DNA of 64,000 bases from Mobula hypostoma (Eukaryota). Location of the stretch: contig NC_086108.1 in NCBI RefSeq assembly GCF_963921235.1, positions 111,540,001-111,604,000 on the forward strand. The letters are read 5' to 3'. The position numbers and the translations under genes are program-made. This document shows, one piece after another, positions 49,161 through 62,670 of this stretch (the stretch's first letter is position 1; each line of letters starts with the position of its first letter). The notes beneath the pieces were generated by a model that saw nothing but the letters and a program-made list of their open reading frames with translations, was not told the origin of the DNA and did not search any database.

Positions 49161-50999
49161 ATATTTGATTACAGGAAGTTAGACAATTTAAAATTTATAT
49201 ATTGATTAAGATAAAGCATGGAATAGGCCCTTCAAGCCACACCATCCAGAAATTCCTCAACTTAATCCTAGCCCAATCACAGGACAAATTACAATGACCA
49301 ATTAATGTACTAACCGGTACATCTTTGGGGGGCGGGGGGGAGAATCAGAACACCCAGAGGAAACCCACACGGCCACAGAGAAACGTACAAGCTCCTTACA
49401 GCCAGTGGCGTGAAATTAACTTGGGTCACTGGTATTGTAAAGCGTTGCCTGAACCACTATGCTACTATGATGCCCTAATGATGTAGAAGATTTATATATA
49501 TCTAGCAGTTTACCATGGGGAAAAATGTACAAAGTCCTTACAGACTGCAATGGGAGTCAAACCCAGATCAATGATCGCTGGTGCTGTAAAGCGACTGTGC
49601 TAACCGCTGCACTGTCACGCCACCTAGGGAGCATCTAAGTACTTCATGGAGTTTAGAAATACAGCATGCTAACAAGCCTTTTTGCCCCCAATGAGTCAGT
49701 GCTGCCCAATTGTGCCCAGGACCAATTAACCTACTAATCTGTACATCATTAGAATGTGTTAGAAAACCCTTACGGTCATGGGGAGAAGATACAAACCCCT
49801 TACTGACAGTGGCAGAGTTGAATCTGGGTGACCACTGCTGCAATAGTGTTATGCTAATTGTTACGTTATCAAGCTGCCCAAACACCATCATGCCAAATAG
49901 CCTAATTTTGCTCCAATATCTTATGGTCACCCCATAGAAACTGGGTAAAATAAAAATTGAAATAGATGGGAGTTTTTCAGAAACCCTGCTTTAATAAAGT
50001 AAATTATTTCACTTTACTTTCTACTCCTCTCAGGTGATCTGATTTCACGTGAAGTTGATTAACACAGATGCACAAATGTACAATACGTTACAGTATTTCA
50101 TTTCAGTTCTGGGTGACACCTTCTCAGAGCTCAAATTTCATTTTAGCGTAACAAAGTCACCACCATTTCCAAGGGACCTACTTTTACCACTTAATAAGAT
50201 TTTAGCTAATTTATTTTACATGAAAATTAAATGAAAGTACAAGACAATGACAGAACACAGACATGAAAATATGTATTACAATTGTAGAACCTTATAGCTT
50301 GAACCAGCTTTCCAGAAAGCCTGTCCAATTAGTCCCACTCTTCCATCCGGTCTTGCTGCACATTCACAACTCCTTTCTGAAAATAGCTTTCAGAGAGATT
50401 CCATCACGCACGCACACACACACACGGACAGCCTTTGATACGTTTGAATTTAATACAAAAAATGCTAAATAACAACCAAACCGACAGAGTTGCCATGCCA
50501 TTACAACTAGACAAAGGATGAGGCCATGTGCATTGCACGATTGCACTGAGATAATTAGAACTACAAATGGATGACTATTCCTTTAATCCAAGGTCAACAG
50601 TTTATGTACAACCATCACATACATATTCCCCCAAGGATAGCAAAGAAGATTATACGTCAACAGCAAGATAGAAATTAAAACCAAATATTTGCAGTCACCC
50701 ACAGCTAAGAAGCAAAAAGGATTGTTTAATCAGACAACAAACTGATCTAGCTGAATATTTAAGGAATCAAACTGGAAAAAAATTGCAATCTTGTTCACAA
50801 CTTTAAAAACTTTACAAGTTAAAGTCAAACTTTACAAACGTTCAAGATCTTTACAAGTAGTATTACAAACTGTAACAAACATACAGATAGGTGTTATACG
50901 AACTATTAGAGGGTTTGTGTTCTCAAAGTCTGCCTTCCCAAGACTCTACAACTCATGTTCTCAATATTATTACTTCTTTATTATTGAAAGACCACAAGA

Positions 51000-53900
51000 C
51001 ACAAGATCAGAATTAGACCGTTCGGATACTTGACTCTGCTCTGCTATTCCTTCATAGCTGATTTATTATCCCTCTCAACCCCATTCTCCTGTCTCTTCTC
51101 TGTAACCTTTGACACCCTGATTAATCAAGAACCTTAAACCTCTGATTTAAATACATGACTTGGTTTCCAAAGTCGTCTGTGGTGATGATTTCCACAGATT
51201 AACCACACTCTGGCTAAAGAAATTCCTCCTTTCTGTTCTAAAGGGACGTCCCTCTATTCAGAGGCTGTGCACTCTGGTCCTGGACAGCACCTCCACATCT
51301 ATAGTCACTATTACTTTGTTTTTCTTTTGTTTTCACATAACATATCATCTTTTGCACATTGGTTGTTTGTCCATCTTTGTTTCTGAGCAGTTTTTCATTG
51401 ATTGTTGTGTTTCTTTGTATCAAATATGAATGCCTGCAAGAAAATGAATCTCAAGGTAGAATACAGTTAGATATGTAATTTGATGATAAACTTCCAAGTT
51501 CGAAGTAAACTTATCAGAATGAAACTAGGATATGAGCAACCCTTTAAACTGGATATTAGAGCTACATCCAGAGGTAAGTTTACATGTTCTATTTGACTCT
51601 TACAAGTTTACAGCATCATTCTTCACTGTTATGAAATGTGTATATATGTAGCACATTCATAACAATACTGCACAGAAAATAATTCAGTATGAATTAAATC
51701 ACCCAATATTCTCCAGCAACTCAGTAAAGCAAAAGGATCAACTTCTTTCGCCATACACATTAGCATGTGTTAGGAATTTGCTGTGGTGTGTTGGTCAGGA
51801 CATAGCATGCAACAAAAAAAACTGTAAAGAATTACATAAGAAAATAATACAGATATGAAATAAAATGTGCATGAGTACATACAAATATCAGCATTTACAA
51901 GCTAAACAGCAAATGTCTACAGTACATGGGGATAATAGATAGAGGGGGTGTGGTGGCTAACTAGAATGGTGGATCAGATTAACCGCCTGAGGAAAGAAAC
52001 TGTTAAGATAGTGTGAAGGTTTTGTTTTAACAGTCCTATAGAACTTTTCAGAAGGAAGCTGAAATGTTTACAGCTAGATGCCAAAAGAAATGGAACAAAA
52101 GCAATGAGCAGAGTGCAGTAGTATGTTTGTCATGTCAGAGGCTGGGACTAACGATCCAGGCAAAATACAACTACAAAGGATCTGTATGCCTTGAAAACAT
52201 GTTAAGTGAAGATGCACTTCCTGTTAAAACAAAAGTTGCCTCCCAGAACTCTTTTGATCAATACCTAAATGCAAAAATACATCAATTCAAATATCTGAAA
52301 CAATATAGTAATTATTAACTCAAATAAGGGGACGACAGGGTAGTATAGTAGTTAACATAATGCTATTACAGTGCTAGCAACTCAGGTTCAATTCCCGCCA
52401 CTATCTGTAAAGTTTGCATGTTCTCCCTGTGACTGCATGGATTTCCACCAGGTGCTCTGGTTTTATGCCACTTGCCAAAAAGTTGGTTAATAGGTTAAGT
52501 GGTCACATGGATGCTGTTGTGCAGCACAGCTTGCTGGGCTAGAAGGACCAGTTACGGTGCAAAACTATATACCTAAATAAAATATACGTAACGAATTCTC
52601 TCAGGATACATACTAAACCTATTCTTTACCCCATGTTTCCCTTACTGACCCTGCCACATCAAGTGAGGAAGCCAGTCTCTTCCTTTTTCCACAATCCTGC
52701 ACACCAGAGTAACTTGATAACTATTTGTTATTGGCACAGCTGTTACAGATGACTCCCTGACTAGAATTTCAATTAGACCATAAGACACAGGAGCAGAATT
52801 AGGCCATTCAGCCCATTGAGTCTGTTCCATCACAGAATATTTATTATCCCTCTCAACCCCATTCTCCTACTTTCTCCTTCAGAATCAGAATCAGAATCCT
52901 TTATTATCGCCAAGTATGTGGACACATACAGGGAATTTGATGCCGGTTTCCCTGAGCTCTCGCTGTACAGAATCAAAAAACAAACAAAACAATAGTGCAA
53001 ATAATCGTGAACTATATACAATGAGGTATACCTCTGTATGTACAGGTGGACTTGGTTTATAATAGACTAAAATTCAAGTGTTCATAAGACTGATGGCATA
53101 TGGAAAGAAACTGTTCTTGTACCTATTTGTCCTGGCATACCGTGATCTAAAGCGCCTACCAGAAGGTATGCTCTGACTAATCAACCTCCACTTAAAATAC
53201 AGTAGATTCCAGTTAATTGGGACACATCGGGACCAGTGCATTTTTACCCAATGAAGTGGCTGTCGCAAATAGCCAAAGTTTCAAGGAAAAGTGAAAAAAA
53301 GGCAAACTACCATTTAACTTAGTTACAAATTATGTATTTAAACGAAATACAGAAAAAAAACTGGAACACTGCCAATACTATTGGTGGTTGTTTGTCATAT
53401 CAGAAGATGACAGGAAACCTTTGCGGGAGAGTTTTTAAAGTAGAAAAGCCACTGGGCAGTTCCGCTCACTGGACCTCAAGAGGTACTATTCCAGTGTACA
53501 ACTGGGATCCTCCCTAGTTGCAGTGGATGACCATGGCTACTTCTGTGCCTTGTCATGCCCTTTGCTCTCCACGAGGCATTGCAGAACTACCTTTCTGGCC
53601 ATTGGATCTCATCCGCCCAGTCCACCAGGGATGACTTTACATGCTAGGACAGGCATGTCCCTATCTCACCGGGCTACGAGGCCTGCCAGCTACCCTGACC
53701 TGTGAAGCGGTGTACCAGGATGTGTACACTGTCCCATGCAAACTACTACTTGGGAGCCACAGGCAAAGCTGAGCATTCAGTCGGGTCCCAAAGGTTGCAT
53801 TCAAGATGACTGCCAATATCTTCAAATTCCTCATAGCTCACATCTTGAAGTAGTGAAATCACTTCTGTCATTTCTGGCATGTCCAAGCTTGAATGCTTGA

Positions 53901-54080
53901 AACCACAGTGAGCAGAACAGTTGCCTTACTGCTTAAATCATTGTTTTTGAACACAACACATGCAACCAATGTTACTTAAAAACTGTTCACTCTAATTGTG
54001 GGATAATAAATCAGCCATGATGGAATAGCAGAGCAGTCTCAATGGGCCAAATGGCGGCATTCTGTTCTTATGTCTTATGG
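51000..54080. repeat. Mosaic of short CR1 tails, LINE tails, a SINE and a TA-flanked TcMar-like MITE end (~53198)
   Basis: CR1 tail motifs at 51000, 52775 and 54000; (atcaga)n tail at 52880; tacagtagattccagttaattgggacac. Confidence 0.5.
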
Positions 54081-54519
54081 TCTAATTACCCTTCAGTCTA
54101 ACAATAGACATCCTCCCTTGCTGTGTAAGGGGCCTCATAAATTTTGGTCATGTACCCCAAGGATTTTAATAGTGAAAACTGTTCAGCATTCAGAAGAGAA
54201 AAATGTAAAAAAGTGTATGTTCTCTGCAAACTACATTACATTACAGACACCGATGATGCAGGAAACAAGCCAACAATCACCCCACCCCCAACAGTAACGT
54301 GGTCATATGATTATCTATTTTAGTGATAATCCACTAGTCACACTAACTTACCTCTCCACACCCCCAACCAGCACTCCCGTCAGAGTCACCTTATATACAG
54401 ACACACCTGTGCCTGGCGTTACTTATGGACATATAATCTACCTATATAAGCTGATCTGGCATATTTATATTTATTGTGGGCTTTCAATGATTATTGTTTT
54501 CAACAGCTTTGCACTCAAC

Positions 54520-55165
54520 ATCAGTTAGACCAATGAACCGACTGTGAACTTTAGAAGGGCAAGACGAGGGAACACATAGTCCTCATAGAGGGGTCAGAAG
54601 TGGAGAAAGTGATCAACTTCAAGTTCCTGGGTGTCAGTATCTCTGAGGGTTTAACCTGGACCCACATATTGATGCAGCTACAAAGAAAGTATGGCAGCAG
54701 CTATATCTCATGAGGAGTTTGAGGAGATCTGGTATGTCACAAAGATGCTTGCAAATTTCTACAGATGTCCCATGGAGAACATTATAAATGTTGCATTACT
54801 GTCTGGTATGGAAGGGGGGCGGGGGGTTGGTGGGTGCTACTACACAGGATTGAAATAAGCTGCAAAGAGACTTAGAGCTGACTAAGTTTACATCATGGGC
54901 ACTACCTCCACAGTATCCAGAACATTAAGAAGCAATGACTCAAAATGGTTGCATCCCTCATTAAAAGACCCCCATCACTCAGAACATGCCCTCTTCACAT
55001 TGCTACTATCAGGGAGATGGTACAGGAGACTGAAGACAAACATTTCTGAAACAGATTCTTCCCCACCGCCATCAGATTTCTGAATGGACATTGAACCCAT
55101 GAACACCACCTCACAACTTTACTTTTGCACTATTTACTTAATTTTACTATTTAATACATATACTT
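54520..55165 (+). repeat. Rex1/L2-like 3' fragment; opposite-strand homologue at 57585-58100
   Basis: FKFLGV.ISE.LTW and LFTLLLSGRWYRRLKT motifs. Confidence 0.75.
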
Positions 55166-57280
55166 ACAGATGACACAAAGGTTGGGGGTGCTGTGGATAG
55201 TGTGGAGAACTGTCAGAGGTCACAGCAAGACATTAATAGGATGCAAAACTGGGCAGAGAAGTGGCAGATGGAGTTCAACCCAGATAAGTGTGAGATGGTT
55301 CATTTTGGTAGGTCAAATACGATGGCAAAATATAGTATTAATGGTAAGACTCTTGGCAGTGCGGAGGATCAGAGGGATCTTGGGGTCTGAGTCCATAGGA
55401 CACTCAAAGCTGTTGTGCAAGTTGACTCTGTGGTTAAGAAGGCATATGGTGCATTGGCCTTCATCAATCATGGGATTGAGTTTTAGGAGCCAAGAGGTAA
55501 TGTTGCAGCTATATAGGACACTGGTCAGACCCCATTTGGGAGTACTGTGCTCAATTCTGGTCGCCTCACTACAGGAAGCATGTGGAAACCATAGAAAGAA
55601 AGCAGAGGAGATTTACAAGGATGTTGCCCGGATTGGAGAGCATGTGAACTCAGCCTTTTCTCCTTGTAGTGACAGAGGATGAGAGGTGACCTGATAGAGG
55701 TGTACAAGATGAGGAGAGGCATTAATCGTGTGGATAGTCAGAGGCTTCTTCCCAGGGCTGAAATGGCTAACACGAGAGGGCACAGTTTTAAGGTGCTTGG
55801 AAGAAGGTACAGAGGGGATGTCGGGGTAAGTTAAATTTTAAAATCGCTCTTCTCGCAATTCCTTCATCTCTGCCGCATCTGCTCGCAGGATGAGGCTTTT
55901 CATTCCAGGATGAAGGAGATGTCTTCCTTTTTTAAAGAAAGAGGCTTCCCTTCCTCCACCATCAACACTGCTCTCAAACGCACATCTCCTATTTCACACA
56001 CATCTGCTCTCACCCCATCCTCCCGTCACTCCACTATGAATAGGGTTCCCCTTGTCCTCACCTACCACCCCACCAGCCTCTGGTCCACCATATAATTCTC
56101 CGTAACTTCCACCACCTCCAACAGGATCCCACTACAAAGCACATCTTTCTCTCCCCTCCCCCCCCCCGCTTTCCACAGGGAAAGCTCCCTACGCGACTTC
56201 CTTGTCCATTCGTCCCCCCATCCCTTTCCACCGATCTCCCTCCCGGCACTTATCCTTCTACGCAGAAAGAGTGCTACACCTGCCCTTACACTTCCTCCCT
56301 TACCACCATTCAGGGCCCCAGACAGTCCTTCCAGGTGAAGCGACATTTCACCTGTGAGTAGGCTGGAGTGATATACGGCATCCGGTGCTCCCGATGTGGC
56401 CTTCTATATATTGGCGAGACCTGACGCAGACTGGGAGACCGTTTCACTGAACACCTATGCTCTGTCCGCCAGAGAAAGCAGGATCTCCCAGTGGCCACAC
56501 ATTTTAATTCCACGTCCCATTCCCATTCTGATATGTCAGTCCATGGCCTCCTCTACTGTAAAGATGAAGCCACACTCAGATTGGAGGAACAACACCTTAT
56601 ATTCCGTCTGGATAGCCTCCAACCTGATGGCATGAACATTGACATCTATATCCTCCGTTAACGGCCCTCCTCGAGTTCTCACCCCATCCCTTGTTTATTT
56701 ATTTATTATTTTTCCCCCTTTTTTTCCCTTCTCTCTCTGTCCTTCTCACAATAACTCCTTGCCTGCTCTCCATCTTCCTCTGGTGCTCCCCTCCTTTCTT
56801 TCTCCCTAGGCCTCTCGTCCCATGATCCTCTCCCTTCTCCAGCCTTGTATCCCCTTTGCCAATCACCTGTCCAGCTCTTAGGTCCATCCCTCCCCCTCCT
56901 GTCTTCTCCTATCCTTTTGGATCTCCCCCTTCCCCTCCCACTTTCAAATCTCTTACCATCTCTTCTTTCAGCTAGTCCTGACAAAGGGACTCGGCCCGAA
57001 ACGTCGACTGTACCTCTTCCTATAGATGCTGCCTGGCCTGCTGCGTTCCACCACCATTTTGTGTGTGGTGGTTGAGAGTAGTGACTGCGTGGAATGGGCT
57101 GCCAGTGATGGTGGTGGAGGCAGACACGATACAGTCTTTTAAGACTCCTGAATAGGTACACGGAGCTTAGAAAAATAGAGGGCTATGGGTAAGCCTAGGT
57201 AATTTCTAAGGAAAAGGCATGTTCGGTACAGCTTTGTGGGCCGAAGGGCCTGTATTGTGCTGTAGGTTTTCTGTTTCCAA
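55166..57280 (+). mobile_element. CR1 3' fragment split by a Penelope insertion
   Basis: DDTKVGG, WAEKWQMEFNPDKCE; breaks at ggggtaagtt (55831) and resumes at gagagtagtga..gcgtggaatggg (~57073). Confidence 0.9.
55832..57071 (+). mobile_element. Penelope-like (Neptune-type) 3' fragment: RT thumb, Cys linker, GIY-YIG endonuclease, terminal repeat with hammerhead at 56973-57010 (CUGACAA)
   Basis: SQFLHLCRICSQDEAF..FFKERGFP..RVPLVLTYHP..CYTCP..FTCE*AGVIYGIRCSRCGLLYIGET*RRLGDRFTEHL..PVATHFN..EEQHLIFRLDSLQPDGMN; tagtcCTGACAAagggactcggcccGAAAcgtcgactg. Confidence 0.92.
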
Positions 57281-59289
57281 TTCATGTTTTTTCTGATTAT
57301 GTATTCATTGTACTGCTGCTGCAAAGACAACAAACTTCACGACATATGCCAGTGATATTGAACTTAATTCTGATTGTTTAACTTACTGCATACTTTTTCG
57401 TGCTGTATCGGATCCAGAGAAACAACTATTTCATTCTCCTTTACATTTGTGTACTGGAAATGACATTAAACAATCCTGATGCCAAGTGGTCACAGCACTA
57501 GGGATTACTCCTTTCCTTAAAAATAATTCCATAGGCTCTTGAACTTCCACCATCAGTGGAAAAGCAGGCAGGACCTCAAATTATCAGAAGCAGGTTTATT
57601 CACACTGACATTTGAAATTTGTTGCTTTGAAGCAGTAGTACAGTGCAATACACAAATATTACTACAAATTAGAATACGAATATAAAATAATAAACAGTGC
57701 AAAAATAGGGCAAAGTAGTGAGGTAGTGTTCATGCTTATGGACCATTCAGAAATCAGATGGCAGAGGGAACAAAGCTGTTCGTGAAATATTGAGTGTGTG
57801 TCTTCGGGCTCCTGTACCACCTCCTTGACAGTAGCCATGAGAAGAGGGCATGTTCTAGGTGCTGAGGTCCATCATGGTGGGTGCTGCCTTCTTGTGGCAT
57901 TGCCTTATGAAGATCTTGATGGTAGGGAGGCTGGTGCCCATAATGGAGCTGGCTGAGTTTACAATCCTCTGAAACTTGTTCCTGTACAGAAGCCCCTCCA
58001 AACCAGACGATGATGTAACCAGTTAGAATGCTCTCCACGGTACTTTTGTAGCAATTTGTGAGCAACTTTGGCAATATAACAAATCTCCTTAAGGCAGTAA
58101 TGCAAATCAAGGATGGAGGTTTAGCAGAATTTGCTCGTTTACTATAATAATGTAGCCACGGGGCATCAACATTATTCACTGACCCAAGGGAAAAGCAAGC
58201 TTCTTATTACCCTGTGAGCCATCAAATCCCATCACACCAGGTTGACGATATTTTTTAAAAAATGACATAATGCCTTCATGCTGTTGACTTTGCCCAGTTA
58301 AAGCCTGTTTTATAACAGTAAAGAGCAATACACCAATGAGTCATAATTGCACGATAGGAATTACATCTGACCAGCAGGTGACAAACAGAGATACCTTAGG
58401 TCTGCTGGTTGTTAACACATTTCGCTGCATGTTTCAATGTACATATGATAAATAAATCTCAAACAATGTCCTACTCCAAGACACACAATTTGCAATTAAG
58501 CACTCAGACTCTATACAAGATGCAAAACCACCAAGCTACAGTCTCCCTACTTCCTCTCTCAATTGACCCGAGTACTCACCTACTCTTGGATGAGCCACAG
58601 CTTTGTATCAAAGGTGGAAGTTACAAGGTTCAGACCCCGCTATAAACTCGTTATCATTTCTTGTTCTCACTACATCTCGTGTTCAGAGGTTATAGCTCAA
58701 CATCCTCATCAGATTTCATTTCTTTCTCATTTTAAATACAAAAGTGGCCCATCTTCCTTTCCTCAATTGTATTCGTGGGTAAATTCTAAAAATGACTCCA
58801 GTTGTCTTTCTTACTGTCCATCAGCTCAAACTTGCCCAGAAGTCCCAGAGGGTGGTTGGGTATATGGAACAAAGTGGCAAAGGAAGTGGTAGAGGTGGGT
58901 ACAATTACAATGTTTACAAGACAATTAGGCATTTAGATAGATAAGAACTCCATCATAGCCAGTCCCAAACCCAGCTGTGAAAGCAGAAGGGGTAGGGCAT
59001 GGAACTAGTAATCCCATCCCATAATGACCCAGAGCTACAGAAACATCAACTGTAGTTCCAAAGACCTCATCCCTGGAAGAGGAAACATCTTTGATGGGAT
59101 ACACTGGGGACATCTTGAAAGACAGACCCGGGACAGAAGTGGCAAGCTGCTATCAGCAGACAATGCCTCAGCAAGGGTAATGGACTTAAGACGAATGGAT
59201 AAGAAAGATTTAGAGCAGGGTTACGAACCTAGGGTACACAGACCCCTCAGTTAATGGTAGGAGTCCATGGTTGTGTGGTTCTGTTGGCA

Positions 59290-61860
59290 AGAGATGGAAT
59301 TACACCTTTAGAAAGAGATTTCATTGGGTCAGAGAATGCTTAATCTTTGTGGGTGGACTTAAGAAACAGCAAGGGTAAAAAAACATTATGAGAATCATAC
59401 ATAGGCTTCCAAATAGTAGCCAAGATGCGGAGTTGAGACTGCAAAGGGAGCTGGAAAAGGCATGTAATAAGGGTAATAACACAATTGTAATGGGGGGCTT
59501 CAATATGGAAGGGGATTGGGAAAAATCAGGTTGCAAGAGGGGGAATTTGTTGAATGCCTACAAGATGGCTTTTAAGAGCAGCTTGTGCTGGAGCCTACTC
59601 AGGGAAAGGCTATCTTAGATTGGGTATTGTGTAATAACCCAGATCTTTTTAGGGAGCTTAATATAAAGGTACTGATCATAATATGATTGAATTCATACTG
59701 CAATTTGAGAGGGAGAAGCACAAGTCACATGTACTAGTATCGCAATTAAATAAAGGGAATTACAGAGGCATGAGAGAGGAGTTTGCCTAGGTGGATGGGA
59801 GGACAACACTGCCGGGAATGACAGCAGAGCAGAAATGGCTGAAGTTTCCGGGAATGGTTCACAAGGCGCAGGATAGATATGTCCCACAGAAGTTGTTGTT
59901 AAATGGCTAGGTAGACAAATGTGGCTGATAATGGGAATTAAGGACTGCATAAAAACCAAGGAAAGAGCATACAAGGTAGCAAAAGTGAGTGGGAAGTTGG
60001 ATGATTGGAAAGCTTTTAAAATCCAACAAAGTCAACTAAAAAAAGCTATAAGGGAAAAGATGAGATACAAGGGCAAACTAGCCAATAACAAAGCAGGATA
60101 TTAAAAGTTTTTTCAGTTATATGAAGTGTAAAAGGGTGGTAGGAGTTGATATTGGACCACTAGAAAATGACATTGGTGAGGAGACAAAAATGGCAGATGA
60201 ACTTAATGAGTGCTTTGCAACAGTCTTCACTGTGGAAGACACCAGCAGCGTGCCAGAGGCCTGTGAGTGTCATGGAGCAGCAGCGAGTGCCATTGCTATT
60301 ACAAAGAAAAAAAAAGTGCTCGGCAAACTGAAGGGTCTTAAGGTGGGTAAGTCATCTGGACACGATGGACTACATCCCAGAGTCCTGAGAGAGGTTGCTG
60401 AGAAGAGGCAACAGATGCATTGATCATGACATTTCAAGAATTACTTCATTGTGCCATGGTCCCAGAGGATTGGAAAATTGCAAATATCACTCCACTCTTA
60501 GAAAGGAGGAAAGCAAAAGAAAGGAAATTATAGGCCAGTTAGCCTAGCCTCAGTGGCTGGGAATGTGTTGGAGTCCATTATTAAGGATGAGGTTTTGGGT
60601 TATTTGGAAGCTAATGATAAAACAAGTTTAAGTCAGCATGATTTCTGTTAAGGGAAATTTTGCCTGACAAAATATGTTAGAATTCCTTGAAAAGTAACAA
60701 GCAGGGTGAACAAAGGTGAGGCAGTGGATGTCACTTACTTGGATTTTCAGAAAGCATTTGATAAGGTGCCACACATGAGGCTGCTTAACAAGATAAAATC
60801 CTGTGGCGTTACGGGAAAGATATTGGCATGGATAGCAGAATGGCTGACAGGTAGGAGGCAGTGAGTGGGAATAAAAGGGGCCTTTTCTGGTTGGGTGCCA
60901 GTGACTAGTGGTGTTCTTCAAGGGTCAGTACTGGAACCATTAATTTAACCATTGTCTACCAATGATTTAGATAATGGAATTGATGGCTTTGTGGCAAAGT
61001 TTGCAAACGATACAAAGGTAGGTGGAGGGGTAGGTGTGTTGAGGAAGCAATGCGATTGCAGCAGGAAATGTATGATAATGCATTTTGGTAAAAGGAACAA
61101 TAGTGCAGATTATTATCCAAATGGGGAGAAAATTCAAATATTAGAGGTGCAGAGGGACTTAGGAGCCCTAATGCAAAACTCCCAGGAGATCAATTTACAG
61201 ATTGAGTCTGTGGTAAAGGCAAATGCAATACTGGCATTTATTTCGAAGGGAATAGAATATAAAAACAAGGAGACAATGCTGAGGCTTTACAAGACACTTG
61301 TCAAGCTGCAAGAGTTATTGTCAACAGTTTTGAGCCCCATATCTCAGAAAGGATGTGTGGTCATTGGAGAGAGTCCAGAGGAGGTTCACAAGAATGATTC
61401 TGGGAATGAAATAATATGAGGAGTGTTTGGCAGCTTTGGTCCTGTACTCACTGGAATTTAGAAGAATGTGGGAGGATTCTTCTAAATCTCATTAAAACCT
61501 ACCCAATGTTGAAAGGACCAGACAAGGGTGGATGTGGAGAGGATGTTTCCTGTGGCAGGCATATCCAGAACTAGAGAGCACAGCCTTAAAATTGAGAGGA
61601 GATCTTTTAGAACAGAGGTAAGGAGGAATTTTTTAGCCAAAGATTTCTGAATCTATGGAATGCTCTGCCACCAGCTGCAGTGGAGGCCAAGTTCGTGGGT
61701 ATATTTAAAGTTTCCTGATTGGTCAGGGCATCAATGGATATGGCGAGAAGGCAAGTGTATGTGGTTCAGTGGGATCTGGGATCAGAGATCAGCCTTGAAG
61801 GAATTGCAGAGCAGACGATGGGCCGAATGGCTTAATTCTGCTCCCATGCCTTATGGCCTA
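59290..61860 (+). mobile_element. Degenerate CR1 ORF2 (endonuclease, RT) and 3' end
   Basis: TIVMGGFN, KSSGHDGLHPRVLRE, GNYRPVSL, LDFQKAFDKVPH, AKFANDTK; many frameshifts. Confidence 0.9.
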
Positions 61861-62349
61861 GAGGGATTAAGTCTAATTCTGCTCCTTTGTCATATAATAT
61901 GTGCAAAACTTGGAGAGACAGGACGAGCTCAAATAACACCTTAGTCAGCACAGATGAGTTGGGCCAAAGGGTCTGTTTCCATGCGCATAACTCTATGACC
62001 TTCTTGAGCAATCTGCGTTGCCAAATCTGGCTCATCATTTACACATCTTCATTAACCTACAGTGTCAGTAGTGCACCATTTACATGTTGCCAGTGCAACA
62101 TTCACATTTACCGCACAGTGAAGGACAAGCACATATTAATTAGGGTGTCTCCAGGGGTTTGCTAAGAGGTAGCAGACAGGGCTCATTAACTCTGCATGTG
62201 AAAACAGAGGAACAAGTTTCTCTCATAATGAACAGTATGATGGTTTGTTTTAGACTGCATACAAGGAGGTCAAGAACAACATTCAGGCACCTTGCCATGT
62301 ATCTCTACCAAGGAATGTCCAATGGGAACTCAAAGTTTCATTTAACCTC

Positions 62350-62670
62350 AACAAGTGGAGGAGTCCAGGACCAGAGGGCACAGCCTGGAAATAGAAGGAT
62401 GTCCCTTTAGAACAGAGAAGAGGAAGGATTTCTTTAGCTGTACTGTGGTGAATCTGTTGAATTTATTGCCACAGGCGGCAGTGGATGACACGTTATTGGA
62501 TATATTAACATGGAGATTGATAGGTTGTTGATTAGTAAAGGTGTCAAAGGTTACAGAGAGAAGGCAGGAGAATGGGGTTGAGAGGGATAATAAATCAGCT
62601 GCGATGGAATGGTGGAGAAGACTGAAACGGGCTGAAAGGCCTAATTCTGCTCCGACATCTTACAGTTATA
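62350..62670 (+). repeat. CR1 3' end
   Basis: Similar to 15700-15995. Confidence 0.75.

Noticed and set aside
50005..50990. Strong + strand acceptor (ctttctactcctctcag at ~50033) followed by ~1 kb of unique AT-rich DNA
   Set aside because: No recognisable coding product, matching donor or partner exons; cannot be supported without transcript data.
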